A stretch of 32,000 nt of DNA from an uncultured Bacilli bacterium (GCA_934131175.1 CAKOZD010000016.1:8302-40301); one strand, 5' to 3'. Numbered from the stretch's first letter, positions 7,548 to 18,518 are shown. Program-made: numbers and translations. Notes: generated by a model from the sequence alone, not told the origin.

Positions 7548-9428
7548 CTAACAAGCCTTCTTTATTGCTACTGCACCATATGGTGTAATTATATCTTTAG
7601 TTGATTTATTTAAAGTATAAATCTTTGCTTTGCAATCATTATATTCTGGTGGTAATAATATTCTACCTTCCTTACCGCTTCTATTTGTAATAACAAGCAT
7701 CTTATCATTTAATCCAATTCTTTCATATGAAAAGTAATCACTATTTATATCTCTTATTTTTAAATCAGCTTTTTGTAAAAATTCCTCACCATTTCTAATG
7801 TTTCCGAGAGTTTTAAAATATTCTTGCAAATCTTTATCTTCCATTTTCCAAGGAAAAGTCTTTCTATTTAGTAAATTACCATATCCATCTATGCCTACCT
7901 CATCTCCATAAAATATTGAAATATTTCCTGGTAAAAAATATAGTGCAAATAGATAAGACTTAAGTTTCTCTTTTGCCTTTTCATAGGCCTCCTTAGAAAC
8001 AACTTTACTCTTTAAATAGTTTAAATCATTATTCTTTAAGTCCCAAGCCCATTCTGCATATTCATTAAATTCATTATTATCTAAAAACAAATTAATTATT
8101 CTAGAAATATCATGAGTTGAAGTAAAATTCATTAAAGAGTTAATTGTCTCTTCTGGATACTCTCTTAAAATATCTCTTATAATGTAATCTAGTTTATTAC
8201 AATCTGAATATTTATAATATCTAAGTAAAGCATCAATCAAAGGATAATTCATAACTGTATCCATACATCTACCAGAAGAAATATATCCTCTTCCCATTCT
8301 CATAGGATTTTTCCATACCTCTCCTATTATAAATCCATCTGTCTTATTTCTTTTAACAGCATTTCTAATTTTTTCAATAAAATCATCACTTAATTCATCT
8401 GCAACATCTAGTCTTAATCCATCTATTCCTAAATCGAACCAATTATCAATTACTCCCCCGACTCCAGTAATATATTCTTGCCATTCGCGTGATGCACAAT
8501 CACATTCTGGTAAATTATCAAATCCCCACCAATAATCATAATAAATTTTACCATTTTCATAATGTCTTTTATAAAAGTTAGAATACTTAGACATAGGATT
8601 ATTATATGCCCCTTCTCCACCAAAAGACTTATACTCATCAAAATATTTACTATCATTTCCAGTATGATTAAAAACAGCATCAAGAATAACTTTCATACCC
8701 CTTTTATGAGCCTCATCACATAATACTTTTAAATCAGCATTACATCCAGCATAGGGATCAACATTTTTATAATCAGATGTATCATATCTATGATTAGATT
8801 GACTATAAACAATAGGACTTAAATATAAAATAGATACTCCAAGAGACTTTATATATTCTAGCTTTTCAGTAACGCCTTTTAAATTCCCACCATAAAAGTC
8901 GACATTCCAAACTTCTTTTCCAACCATTTTACTTATTTCTTTATTTGCACCTAAATGCATCTCTTCATTCCAATCTTTATGAATAACACGTCTAGGCATA
9001 TCAACTAATTTACTATCATCACTCTTATTAAATCTATCTACAAATATATGATACATTATTTTTCCTTGAGCCCATTCTGGTACTTTAAAATTAACATTAA
9101 GTTTAAAACAATCATCACTTGAAAAAATAGCATTTTGTAATCCATTCTTATTAAAATGATAGGTCTTACCATTTACATCATAAGAAAAGCAGTATCTATA
9201 TATAGCCCTTGTATCTAAAGTAATATCACCTTCAAAAATAGCGTACTCATTCTTATTTCCCTTATGAGAAAAATTTTTATAACTGATTCTTTCTCCATCA
9301 TCAATTAACAATTTAACATTATAAAACCAACCTAATTCCATTGGAAGTTTTACCTCACAATGATAAGTATTTCTATCTTTATTATAGTTAGTAACTTCCA
9401 AACTATAACTAACCTTTTTATTTTCCAT
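7548..9428 (-). CDS. glycoside hydrolase family 13 (alpha-amylase family, neopullulanase/cyclomaltodextrinase-like)
   Basis: The four GH13 conserved regions are visible: DAVFNHTG, GIDGLRLDVADEL, IIGEVW and FTSTHD. There is also an N-terminal beta-rich domain. Confidence 0.85.
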   Translation of the reverse strand: MENKKVSYSLEVTNYNKDRNTYHCEVKLPMELGWFYNVKLLIDDGERISYKNFSHKGNKNEYAIFEGDITLDTRAIYRYCFSYDVNGKTYHFNKNGLQNAIFSSDDCFKLNVNFKVPEWAQGKIMYHIFVDRFNKSDDSKLVDMPRRVIHKDWNEEMHLGANKEISKMVGKEVWNVDFYGGNLKGVTEKLEYIKSLGVSILYLSPIVYSQSNHRYDTSDYKNVDPYAGCNADLKVLCDEAHKRGMKVILDAVFNHTGNDSKYFDEYKSFGGEGAYNNPMSKYSNFYKRHYENGKIYYDYWWGFDNLPECDCASREWQEYITGVGGVIDNWFDLGIDGLRLDVADELSDDFIEKIRNAVKRNKTDGFIIGEVWKNPMRMGRGYISSGRCMDTVMNYPLIDALLRYYKYSDCNKLDYIIRDILREYPEETINSLMNFTSTHDISRIINLFLDNNEFNEYAEWAWDLKNNDLNYLKSKVVSKEAYEKAKEKLKSYLFALYFLPGNISIFYGDEVGIDGYGNLLNRKTFPWKMEDKDLQEYFKTLGNIRNGEEFLQKADLKIRDINSDYFSYERIGLNDKMLVITNRSGKEGRILLPPEYNDCKAKIYTLNKSTKDIITPYGAVAIKKAC

Positions 9429-9501
9429 AATTATCTCCTAAAATAACTATTCTTCCTATAATTAAATTATATTCGTATAACAAAAAAAAGAAAAGATATT
9501 T

Positions 9502-11214
9502 TTATACCTTCTCCTTCATCACTTTTTTCTCATCAATACAAATTAAAATTATATAAAACAAAAGCATTAATAATCTCATTCCATATATATGCATATAAAA
9601 ATCTAGCACAGAAAACATACATATAATTACAAATAAAGAAAAATAAATTACACTTTTACTATTCTTTCTATTTTTAAATATCAAATATATTCCCGAAAAA
9701 TATATAATTAATAAATAAATGGGACCAATTATACCTATATCTAACCAATATTCAAATAATATACTATGTGGATTCTTTTCATTATAATTATTATCTGTTG
9801 CGATTAATCTGTAATATTTAAAAGTATCTACTCCTCTACCATATATATAATTAGTATTTTTTAAATATTTTAAAGAATCTTTATAATAATCAAATCTATG
9901 ACTAACACTTTCTCCATCATACTTAGTAAGTTCTAATTGCCTTGTTATCTGATATGGAACAATAAAAGTATTTATACTTTGCTCATGTCCATCAACAGTA
10001 ATTTTATTTATCTTTATATTTGTGTTTTCATCAAGTCCTCTTATACTTAATAAATAATATTCAGCATCACTACTACCAGTAACTTTAAACTCACCATTGA
10101 TGCTTATATAATCAAATGAAGTAAAACTATTATTATTAACGCATCCTTTTTCTAATACAAAGTGAACATCCCCGCTATAAACTTCATAATCAATATTAAT
10201 TGTATATTCTTTAGAAGGTTTTAGAAATAACTCTGTAATGTAATAATTATCACTAGTATATTTTGTACTATGAACATTATTTATTTTTAAAGGAATATTT
10301 ATAGGTTTAAATAATAAATAAGTAAGTATAATTACTATTAGTAATGAAGTAATTAACTTTATATATTTATTTTTTAAAATATAAGTAATTAATATATAAT
10401 AAATTACAAAAATAATTAAATTATTAGTAATAAATTCTATTAAATTATAATTAATTAAATATGTTCTATATGTAGTAATTGATAAACAAACTGGTATTAA
10501 TATTGATATTACATCCCAAAGTATTAATTTTACTTTTTCATATTTTTTATATATCAAATTATAAACTATATATATAAATAGTACTATTATAAAACATATA
10601 GTAATCATCTTAGAAAATGTATAACTAAACCCTATAAAACTAATATATAAAGTTAAATAATCAAATACTTTTTTATTGTCTTTTAATAGTGTTATAAAAA
10701 TACTTATTAAGAATAATACAGCTGATGCATTACAATAACACAATACTCCATAAAATCTATCTATACTATTATAATATGTATCTGTAAAAGGCGATAATAT
10801 TCCAATATTTGAAAAGAAGTCTTGATTTTGGTATGATACAAAACTTACAATGAAAGAAAATATTGTTATTAATTGTAATACTTTTAAAAAGTTATTTATT
10901 TTATTATTATCTATAATTCTTCTAAAATTAATTATTATTAAAGCAATACTTGCGTTACATGTAATAGCAAAAATATTACTCATAAATGATGTTTTATTAA
11001 GTCTAAATATTAATATTAATAAATATGATAATGGTATTAATAAAAATAATATATCTTTTTTATCTATCTTTACTCTATTAATGATTAAATAAATAACATT
11101 AATGACTAAAAATATTATACTTGCACTATTAATAATATAGCTATTTGTTGAGAAGAATAATAAAATAGTCAAGTATATATACATAAATATCATAAATAAT
11201 TTATCTTTTTTCAT
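9502..11214 (-). CDS. polytopic membrane protein, O-antigen ligase/polymerase-like
   Basis: At least 10 predicted TM helices with a large central extracytoplasmic segment. It overlaps the downstream glycosyltransferase subunit genes. The family call is weak. Confidence 0.45.
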   Translation of the reverse strand: MKKDKLFMIFMYIYLTILLFFSTNSYIINSASIIFLVINVIYLIINRVKIDKKDILFLLIPLSYLLILIFRLNKTSFMSNIFAITCNASIALIIINFRRIIDNNKINNFLKVLQLITIFSFIVSFVSYQNQDFFSNIGILSPFTDTYYNSIDRFYGVLCYCNASAVLFLISIFITLLKDNKKVFDYLTLYISFIGFSYTFSKMITICFIIVLFIYIVYNLIYKKYEKVKLILWDVISILIPVCLSITTYRTYLINYNLIEFITNNLIIFVIYYILITYILKNKYIKLITSLLIVIILTYLLFKPINIPLKINNVHSTKYTSDNYYITELFLKPSKEYTINIDYEVYSGDVHFVLEKGCVNNNSFTSFDYISINGEFKVTGSSDAEYYLLSIRGLDENTNIKINKITVDGHEQSINTFIVPYQITRQLELTKYDGESVSHRFDYYKDSLKYLKNTNYIYGRGVDTFKYYRLIATDNNYNEKNPHSILFEYWLDIGIIGPIYLLIIYFSGIYLIFKNRKNSKSVIYFSLFVIICMFSVLDFYMHIYGMRLLMLLFYIILICIDEKKVMKEKV

Positions 11215-11684
11215 ACATCCTCCAATAATTTATCTATTTCTTTTTCTACTTTTTTTGTAAATTTATCGGTAGTAGACTTAAATTTTTTTAATTTTTTATC
11301 TGAATTAAGGCAATTAATGAATTCTTCTTCTGTTCTTGCTACATAACAATATTTTTTTCTATCTAAATAATTTGCAAAGTACAACTGATGATCATTTATA
11401 TGTTCCTTATATTTTTCTTGACGAGGAACAACAATTACTTTTTTTCCTTTTAATAAGGCATAAAATATATTATCTGGACCACCATGAGTAATTAAAGTGT
11501 CACATTTATCAATATATTTTTTCATATCATAAAAAGGAATACTTTCATATATCTGATAATTATCTTGTTCTTTTATTTTATTAAATCCACTTTGAATAAT
11601 TACATCATCATCTTTAATATTTTCTAAATATTTAAATAGTCTTGTAAACTTTATTTTTTGTGTACCTACCGTTACAAATATCAT
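11211..11684 (-). CDS. PssE/Cps14G-like (Alg13-like) glycosyltransferase subunit
   Basis: MIFVTVGTQ...F.RL start and a THGGPDNI motif typical of the GT28 C-terminal-domain-only subunit. It is paired with an Alg14-like partner. Confidence 0.65.
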   Translation of the reverse strand: MIFVTVGTQKIKFTRLFKYLENIKDDDVIIQSGFNKIKEQDNYQIYESIPFYDMKKYIDKCDTLITHGGPDNIFYALLKGKKVIVVPRQEKYKEHINDHQLYFANYLDRKKYCYVARTEEEFINCLNSDKKLKKFKSTTDKFTKKVEKEIDKLLEDV

Positions 11685-12148
11685 TAATACACACCACCTA
11701 TATATTTAGCTTTAGGAAATACTTTTAGCATCTCTTTATGTTGAACTATAAAAACATCTGAAAATTTATATACTATTCTTGCAGTTAATGAAGGATTATC
11801 TATTCTATCAAACACTTCTATAAATATGATTTTTGTTTTAAAAAAATGTCCAATAATACATAATGGTACACAAGTATGTGCTCCTGTTGTATAAATTACT
11901 TTTGGTCTATATTTAAAATAAAGATATAGGGACTTAAATATATTTATAAAGCATACAGGAATATATTTAATAATATTTACTTTATTTCCAAGTTTTAGAA
12001 ATTCAATATTATATTCATTTTGTAAATTAATTGAAATAGAATTTTTCTCTGTCACTAAAATATAACTATATTTTTTAAATAACTTTTTTACTTTTAAAAT
12101 TTCTGCTAAATGTCCTCCAGTTGATGCAATAAACATGACTTCTACCAC
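11684..12148 (-). CDS. PssD/Cps14F-like (Alg14-like) glycosyltransferase membrane subunit
   Basis: FIASTGGHLAEI motif. GTG start at 12148 with AGGAGG 6 nt upstream. The stop overlaps the partner gene's start. Confidence 0.65.
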   Translation of the reverse strand: MVEVMFIASTGGHLAEILKVKKLFKKYSYILVTEKNSISINLQNEYNIEFLKLGNKVNIIKYIPVCFINIFKSLYLYFKYRPKVIYTTGAHTCVPLCIIGHFFKTKIIFIEVFDRIDNPSLTARIVYKFSDVFIVQHKEMLKVFPKAKYIGGVY

Positions 12149-12160
12149 CTTGAACCTCCT

Positions 12161-12192
12161 AAAAAAAAATCATACGCCAAAGCATATGATTT
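12161..12192 (-). terminator. intrinsic terminator after the surface protein gene
   Basis: Stem AATCATA (12168-12174) / TATGATT (12185-12191), followed on the minus strand by T9. Confidence 0.6.
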
Positions 12193-12197
12193 ATTAA

Positions 12198-13382
12198 CTA
12201 TTTACTTTTAGCCTTACTTTTTACTTGAATAAAGCAAATTAATCCAATAAGTGAAATTGCAACTATTAAATAATAACTATCACTAAATGTATTAGGATTA
12301 ATTATATTGTTAATCTTATTATCTTTATCAGTATCATTAGCTACGTTAAAATCTAAATCAATATCAGATAATGTATTTTCACCTAATTTATCAATATATT
12401 TAAAATCAGTTGCTTTTAATAAAGCTAATATTTTATCTTCTGTTGCATCTTCTGATGAAACTTCAAATGTTGCTATTTCAGTACTATCTTTAAAATCAAC
12501 TAAAGAAAAATCATCATTTGCATATTCTAAAGAATATCCATTAGTAATTTCATTTGCAGACCAATTATTGGTTGGTTTAAAATTACTTATTTTTAATTTA
12601 TCACTTGAAATATTAAATGATACATTATTTAATGCATATTTATATGAAAAACTAACTTTACATTTTGATGTTGTTCCTTTTTTTAATTTATTGTCATCAC
12701 ATGTAACTTTTAATGAAGGTTTTTCTTCTGGTACTTGATATAACTTATAAACATATGAAGTATAGTATTCATATGTACCTACATAATTAGAATCTGTTGC
12801 TCCTCCACAAGTATGATATCCTCCAGAATTACAGATACTATACTTTGTCTTATTTCCATAATTCTTATTATCAAATCTCCATCTTACATTCTCTCCATTA
12901 ACAGCTGGTAAAATAATTTTACATACTTTTTTATAATAATCAGAATAATCATAAGTTATGTTACTATTTTGACAAGAATTAAAATTTATTGCTGATAAAC
13001 TACCTGGGTAATATCCACTAGCACTATTATCATATCTTGATTTAAAATCTTTTGGGTAAAACACTTCATTTGCTGATGTTGAAAAATCATATTTTTTATA
13101 TTTAATGTTACCATTAGAATCAACACTATCAATTATATAGTATTCAAAGTTAGTAATTCTTCCTTCATTACTATCCCATAATTCTGCTCCCGGATTTATA
13201 TCCTCATATGGAATCAATTCTGATGGATTATTAATCTCAACATCATCACCACTAATTAGTTCCTTATTTTTCATATCATCTTCATTTACAGTCCAGTTAT
13301 AAGATTTAGCACTTACACCAAAAGGTAAAAATAATGACACTAATAATATTAACAATAGTCTACTCTTTTTATTCATATACAC
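12198..13382 (-). CDS. secreted protein with a C-terminal membrane or cell-wall anchor
   Basis: N-terminal signal peptide (LLLILLVSLFLPFGVSA). The C-terminus is NPNTFS, a hydrophobic helix, then a KSKAKSK tail. Confidence 0.5.
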   Translation of the reverse strand: MYMNKKSRLLLILLVSLFLPFGVSAKSYNWTVNEDDMKNKELISGDDVEINNPSELIPYEDINPGAELWDSNEGRITNFEYYIIDSVDSNGNIKYKKYDFSTSANEVFYPKDFKSRYDNSASGYYPGSLSAINFNSCQNSNITYDYSDYYKKVCKIILPAVNGENVRWRFDNKNYGNKTKYSICNSGGYHTCGGATDSNYVGTYEYYTSYVYKLYQVPEEKPSLKVTCDDNKLKKGTTSKCKVSFSYKYALNNVSFNISSDKLKISNFKPTNNWSANEITNGYSLEYANDDFSLVDFKDSTEIATFEVSSEDATEDKILALLKATDFKYIDKLGENTLSDIDLDFNVANDTDKDNKINNIINPNTFSDSYYLIVAISLIGLICFIQVKSKAKSK

Positions 13383-13456
13383 ACTCTCCTTACCTTATAG
13401 ATAAAGTATAACATAAATTTAGAAAATTAAAACAAAAAAATTAGAAATCTAAATTC

Positions 13457-13984
13457 CTAATTTTTCTTAGTTGGACCTTTCCAATTTTCAAACTTTTCTT
13501 TTAAATTCTTTAACTGCTCAGTACCAATTAATATCTCATTATCTGTCTCAGTTTTATCTTCTATTGCAATAGGATTACATCCATCATCAACTAAATTATC
13601 AAGTTCATCTATAGAAAACATATTCCCACAATTTTGGCATTGAATTTTATCACCAACTTGAACAAAATAAGCATAAGGAGAACCTCCACAACTTTGACAA
13701 GTATCAACTACAACTTTCACTTCACCTTTTGAATCTTTTACTGCAAGTAATCCAACAATAACTCCATCAACATCATAATTTATATAAGTCACTTTATCAG
13801 TTATTTTACTTTTATCAATTACTATTTTTTCATCTGAATTTGTTTTTGCGTTAACCACATCACCTACAGCTTCTTTTAAATTAACAGGCGTCTTTTCATC
13901 AGACGATGAATTATCATTACTACAACCAGTAATTAAAAACATTGAAGATAACATTACTAAAAATAATGTAATATATTTTTTCAT
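13457..13984 (-). CDS. lipoprotein with a CxxC...CxxC zinc-ribbon module (DUF2318-like)
   Basis: Lipobox LITGC. DTCQSCGGSPYAYF...IQCQNCGNMF motif. It is the last gene of the copper operon. Confidence 0.55.
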   Translation of the reverse strand: MKKYITLFLVMLSSMFLITGCSNDNSSSDEKTPVNLKEAVGDVVNAKTNSDEKIVIDKSKITDKVTYINYDVDGVIVGLLAVKDSKGEVKVVVDTCQSCGGSPYAYFVQVGDKIQCQNCGNMFSIDELDNLVDDGCNPIAIEDKTETDNEILIGTEQLKNLKEKFENWKGPTKKN

Positions 13985-14214
13985 TATACCTCCTCTATTT
14001 TAGTAACTTTATATTCTAAAGCACTTATTCTTTTTTCAATCTCTTCTTTATTTATTTTATCTATATATATAATAACTGCTTCTTTTTTTTCTAAATTAAC
14101 TTTTACTTTTGAAACATTATCAATACTTTTTAAAGTGCTTTCTACTTTACTAGCACAATGACCACACATCATCCCTTCAATTCCAACTATCATTTTATTT
14201 TTCTTACTAAACAT
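13984..14214 (-). CDS. copZ: copper chaperone, HMA domain protein
   Basis: GMMCGHCASKVE metal-binding motif in a 76-aa protein, adjacent to copA. Confidence 0.8.
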   Translation of the reverse strand: MFSKKNKMIVGIEGMMCGHCASKVESTLKSIDNVSKVKVNLEKKEAVIIYIDKINKEEIEKRISALEYKVTKIEEV

Positions 14215-14215
14215 A

Positions 14216-16408
14216 TTATTTACTCCTCCATTTTTTTAATCTTAAAGCATTTATTATTACTGTTAAACTAGATATTGTCATAGCACCACCAGCAATCATT
14301 GGATTCATTGAAATACCAAATGGCTTTAATAGTCCTATTGCAATAGGTATCATACAAACATTATAGAAAAATGCCCAAAATAAATTTTCTTTTATATTTA
14401 TTAATGTTTTTTTACTAATATCTATCAAATTATAAATGTTATTCAAATTATCATTCATTAAAATTACATCACTTGAGTTACCGGCGATATCAGTACCAGA
14501 ATTTAAGCTTACTCCAATATCTGCAATTGCAAGACTTGGCGCATCATTTATTCCATCTCCTACCATCATAACGCATCTTTTATCACTCATTATCTTTTTA
14601 ACTACTTCACTTTTTTCTTTAGGTAAAACATTGGCAATTACTTCTTTAATTCCTATTTCTTCTGCAATTATTTTTGCCGTATTTTCATTATCACCAGAAA
14701 GCATTATAACATTTTTATTATTTTTAAGTAATTTTCCGACTACTCCTCTAGCTTCTTTTCTTACAATATCTTTTACTCCAATTAAAGCAATTACAATACT
14801 CTCTTCCACAACATAAACAATACTGTTTCCAGATAAAGATAATTCACGCTCTTCAGACTCATAAGTATTTTTTATTTTCAATTTAGTTAATATTTTACTA
14901 TTTCCAATAAAATACTTTTTATCATCAATTGTTGCAGTTAAACCAACACCTTCAATATTTTTAAAATTATCAACTTTCTTATTACTTTTATATTCTTTAA
15001 ATGCATTAGCTATTGGGTGAGTTGAATTACTCTCAAGTGCAGAAGTTAATTTTAATAATTCTTTATCACTATAATCACTAAAATTAAATACTTTTGCGAT
15101 TTTTAATAATCCATATGTTAAGGTACCAGTTTTATCAAATATTACTGTATCTACTTTATTAGCATTTTCTAGTGTTTCAGATTTTTTTACAAGAATTCCA
15201 TTTTTCGCACATACTCCCTCTGATACAACTATCGCAAGAGGCGTTGCTAAACCTAAGGCACATGGACATGCAACAACTAAAACAGTGACACTTGCAGTAA
15301 TTGCTTCACTAAATTCCATTCCAAAAACTAAATATGATATAAATGTAATAAGTGCAATAATTATTATTCCCGGTACAAAATAACTACTTACTTTATCTGC
15401 AACTCTAGCAATAGGAGCCTTTGTATTTGTTGCTTCTACTACTAATCTTACAATCTCAGAAATAGTCGAATCTTTTCCAATCTTACGTGCTTCGTAATTA
15501 ATTACTCCATCTATGTTATAAGACCCAGCAATTATCTTGTCCCCTACGCACTTTTTCACAGGAATTGACTCTCCACTGATAAATGCCTCATCAAAGTGTG
15601 ACTCTCCACTAGTAATTACACCATCAACTGCTATTTTCATTCCAGGTCTTGCTATTAATATATCGCCTTTATTAATCATATCAAGACTAACTTCAACTTC
15701 CTTATCACCTTTCTTTAATAAAGCAGTTTTAGGAGTTATTGTTACTAAATCCTTAATCGCATCTTTTGTCTTTTCTTTACTCATTCCATCTATATATCTT
15801 CCAAGTTTTATAAGATAAAGTATTATACAACAACTCTCAAAGTAAAGTGCTTCAACACAACCATAATTTCCCATAAATATAAGTATCATATTATAAGTAC
15901 TATATACAAAACTAGACATAACTCCAAGCATTACTAATGTATCCATATTAGGAGATTTATGTTTAATATTATTAATTCCACTAATTATTATATCTCTTCC
16001 AAAATATATAAAATACAAAGTAAATACAAATAAACACACAGAATAATTAATAGGATACTTCATCATATTAAGAAATGGTATTACAGGAAGACCAACCATG
16101 TGTGACATAGAAATATATAAAACTATAATTGCAAGTAATCCATTGATAAGTAAATATCCTTTTTTATTATCTTTCTTATTATCATCAGTCTCATCATATT
16201 CACCTAATGATTTGAATCCTGCATCAATCACAAATTTATTTAAATCATCTACATTTAACCTTTCTTCATCATAACTTATACTTGCAGTTGCCATTACTAA
16301 ATTTACTAAAGCATCGTCAATACCTTCTTGTTTACTTAAATATTTTTCTAGAGAAGATGAACAAGCACTACAAGTCATACCATCTATTTTTAATATAATT
16401 TTTTTCAT
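14216..16408 (-). CDS. copA: copper-translocating P1B-type ATPase
   Basis: N-terminal HMA domain (GMTCSACSSS), CPC in a TM helix (VVACPCALGLATP), DKTGTLT phosphorylation site and the GDGINDAP hinge. Confidence 0.9.
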   Translation of the reverse strand: MKKIILKIDGMTCSACSSSLEKYLSKQEGIDDALVNLVMATASISYDEERLNVDDLNKFVIDAGFKSLGEYDETDDNKKDNKKGYLLINGLLAIIVLYISMSHMVGLPVIPFLNMMKYPINYSVCLFVFTLYFIYFGRDIIISGINNIKHKSPNMDTLVMLGVMSSFVYSTYNMILIFMGNYGCVEALYFESCCIILYLIKLGRYIDGMSKEKTKDAIKDLVTITPKTALLKKGDKEVEVSLDMINKGDILIARPGMKIAVDGVITSGESHFDEAFISGESIPVKKCVGDKIIAGSYNIDGVINYEARKIGKDSTISEIVRLVVEATNTKAPIARVADKVSSYFVPGIIIIALITFISYLVFGMEFSEAITASVTVLVVACPCALGLATPLAIVVSEGVCAKNGILVKKSETLENANKVDTVIFDKTGTLTYGLLKIAKVFNFSDYSDKELLKLTSALESNSTHPIANAFKEYKSNKKVDNFKNIEGVGLTATIDDKKYFIGNSKILTKLKIKNTYESEERELSLSGNSIVYVVEESIVIALIGVKDIVRKEARGVVGKLLKNNKNVIMLSGDNENTAKIIAEEIGIKEVIANVLPKEKSEVVKKIMSDKRCVMMVGDGINDAPSLAIADIGVSLNSGTDIAGNSSDVILMNDNLNNIYNLIDISKKTLINIKENLFWAFFYNVCMIPIAIGLLKPFGISMNPMIAGGAMTISSLTVIINALRLKKWRSK

Positions 16409-17697
16409 TTTCTCACCTCGAAATAATTATAATCATCTATTACTTTAATTGAATTATTAAGCATATTCATCCAACAATTCATTGTAAATAATCCTTCTTT
16501 TGTTGGCATAAATTCAATTACATTTCTTCCTTCCACTAACTTTTTTCTAATTCCATATTCACTAATTACAACTTCGTTGTTGCAACCAGTTAAATATTTC
16601 TTTGATACATTAATTACTAATTTTACTTTTATACCTTTTTGAACAATTATATCTTCATACCCATCATAACTCAAATCAATATTTACTTCCTGATATTTAT
16701 CATAAATAATACTTTTTTCATAATTACCATAGTTTTTAAATAAATCAGTAACATTAAATCCTAATGTACTAATACCTCTAAATATCATTCCTAACGATAA
16801 AATAAATATTAGTACAGCAGATATTTTATTCAAAATGATTTTCTTTTTTCCTTTTAAATTATTAAAAATAAAACTTGAGAAAAACATTAATGGTACTGTA
16901 CCTAGTCCAAATAAGAACATAGAAAGTGCTCCATATATAAAACTAGATGTTGATAAAGCATATAACTGCATTGCTTGTAGCGGACCACACGGCATTAGTC
17001 CGTTTAGTAATCCTATAATAAATGAGTTTCTACTATGTACCTTATTTTTAAATAATTTAATATTTTTTAAATTACAAATTCCAAGCATAGAAAGTGACAT
17101 AATAAGCATAATGATTGCTGCTAGTAATATTATAATTCCAGAAAGTACTTCACTAAATTTAAAAACACTTCCAATTAATCCAGCAATTCCTCCAAGAATA
17201 GTATAAGAAAGTACTCTTCCAAAATTATATAAAATTATATTTTTTATACCTTTCTTACTCTTAGTCGCAATAATATTAATTGCTCCACACATGCTAATAC
17301 AATGAATACTTGTAAATATTCCTATAAAAAATAACATACCATAACTAATATTACTATCAATAACTGGTATAACATTAAAAATATTATATCCAAATACTTT
17401 ATAAATAATTAAAATTATTATTAAAATAAGAATACTAATTAAAATAAATTCATGAATTCTAATATTCTTTAAATCATTTATATTTTCTTTTATATAATCT
17501 TCACAAGTAAAATAGTCTAAACTACAAATATCATTAATTATCTTATTTAAATTAATTTTACCTTTATATTTTATTAAACATATATTTTTATTAAAACTTA
17601 TTTCTTTTATATTTTTATTTTGTAATAATTTTTTTCTAATAGTATTTTCACAATTAGTACAAGTAATACCATCTATTTTTACATAAATATTGTTCAT
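16405..17697 (-). CDS. fusion of an HMA domain, a TauE/SafE (DsbD_2)-like permease and a cupredoxin-like C-terminal domain
   Basis: N-terminal DGITCTNCENT. Six or more TM helices carry paired Cys-containing segments (SIHCISMCGA, LMPCGP). The soluble beta-rich C-terminus ends in NCWMNM. Confidence 0.55.
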   Translation of the reverse strand: MNNIYVKIDGITCTNCENTIRKKLLQNKNIKEISFNKNICLIKYKGKINLNKIINDICSLDYFTCEDYIKENINDLKNIRIHEFILISILILIIILIIYKVFGYNIFNVIPVIDSNISYGMLFFIGIFTSIHCISMCGAINIIATKSKKGIKNIILYNFGRVLSYTILGGIAGLIGSVFKFSEVLSGIIILLAAIIMLIMSLSMLGICNLKNIKLFKNKVHSRNSFIIGLLNGLMPCGPLQAMQLYALSTSSFIYGALSMFLFGLGTVPLMFFSSFIFNNLKGKKKIILNKISAVLIFILSLGMIFRGISTLGFNVTDLFKNYGNYEKSIIYDKYQEVNIDLSYDGYEDIIVQKGIKVKLVINVSKKYLTGCNNEVVISEYGIRKKLVEGRNVIEFMPTKEGLFTMNCWMNMLNNSIKVIDDYNYFEVRK

Positions 17698-17783
17698 AAA
17701 TCACCTCGCACATTAAATATAACAAAACTCACTTTTAGTATAAATAAAATGTACGTTGAATTGTATCAACCAATAGTTGAATT

Positions 17784-18518
17784 TTAATTACAAGCATCAT
17801 TATTTAATATTAATGGTATATTATAAGTTATATTTTTACCATCTTCTTCAGTTGCGACTATTTCAATTGATAAGTTTGACTTAGAAAACATAGGACAATT
17901 AACTGCTTTATGATCCATTTTAATTTTTATATTTTTTAAGTAATCAATTAATGTTGAGTCTTTCAAAGTATCACATGAACTCAGTTTTGTTTTTGTATCA
18001 TTACTCTCTTCATAAAGAGTACAATTTAATTCTTTATAAATTGTTTTTTCATCATAACCAGTATAATTTACATTATTTATAATTAGACTTGTTCTATCAT
18101 CGCCTTTTATTACAGTTCCTGATACTTTAAATTTATTATTAGTTGTTTCTACATCATTTATCTGATAATTAGAATGAGATGCTCTATTAAAGAATAAGAA
18201 AATTATGCATATTATTAAAATTAAGAATAGTACTACTATAATTAGTATATATTTATTATTTGATTTTTTGCTATTAGTTGTACAATTACAAGAATTTTTA
18301 CATGAAGAGGATTCTTCTCCATTGATAATATCATCTATTGGGATGTTAAATTCATCACTTATTGCTTTTAAAATAGCCATATCAGGTAAATTTTTTCCAT
18401 TTTCCCATTTGGATACAGCTTGAAAAGTAACACCTAATTTTTCAGCAAATTTTTCTTGAGATAAATTATTATCTTTTCTGATTTTTCTTATATACTTTCC
18501 TATTTTTTCTTGATTCAT
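17784..18518 (-). CDS. membrane-anchored XRE-family HTH regulator
   Basis: IRKIRKDNNLSQEKFAEKLGVTFQAVSKWENGKNLPD helix-turn-helix, one TM helix, and an extracytoplasmic Cys-containing domain. GGAGG (18525-18529) favours the ATG at 18518. Confidence 0.7.
   Translation of the reverse strand: MNQEKIGKYIRKIRKDNNLSQEKFAEKLGVTFQAVSKWENGKNLPDMAILKAISDEFNIPIDDIINGEESSSCKNSCNCTTNSKKSNNKYILIIVVLFLILIICIIFLFFNRASHSNYQINDVETTNNKFKVSGTVIKGDDRTSLIINNVNYTGYDEKTIYKELNCTLYEESNDTKTKLSSCDTLKDSTLIDYLKNIKIKMDHKAVNCPMFSKSNLSIEIVATEEDGKNITYNIPLILNNDACN

Noticed and set aside
17698-17783. A CopY/CsoR-type operator might lie upstream of the copper operon.
   Set aside because: I could not find a TACAnnTGTA cop box or a clear dyad, only a short direct repeat (GTTGAAT twice).
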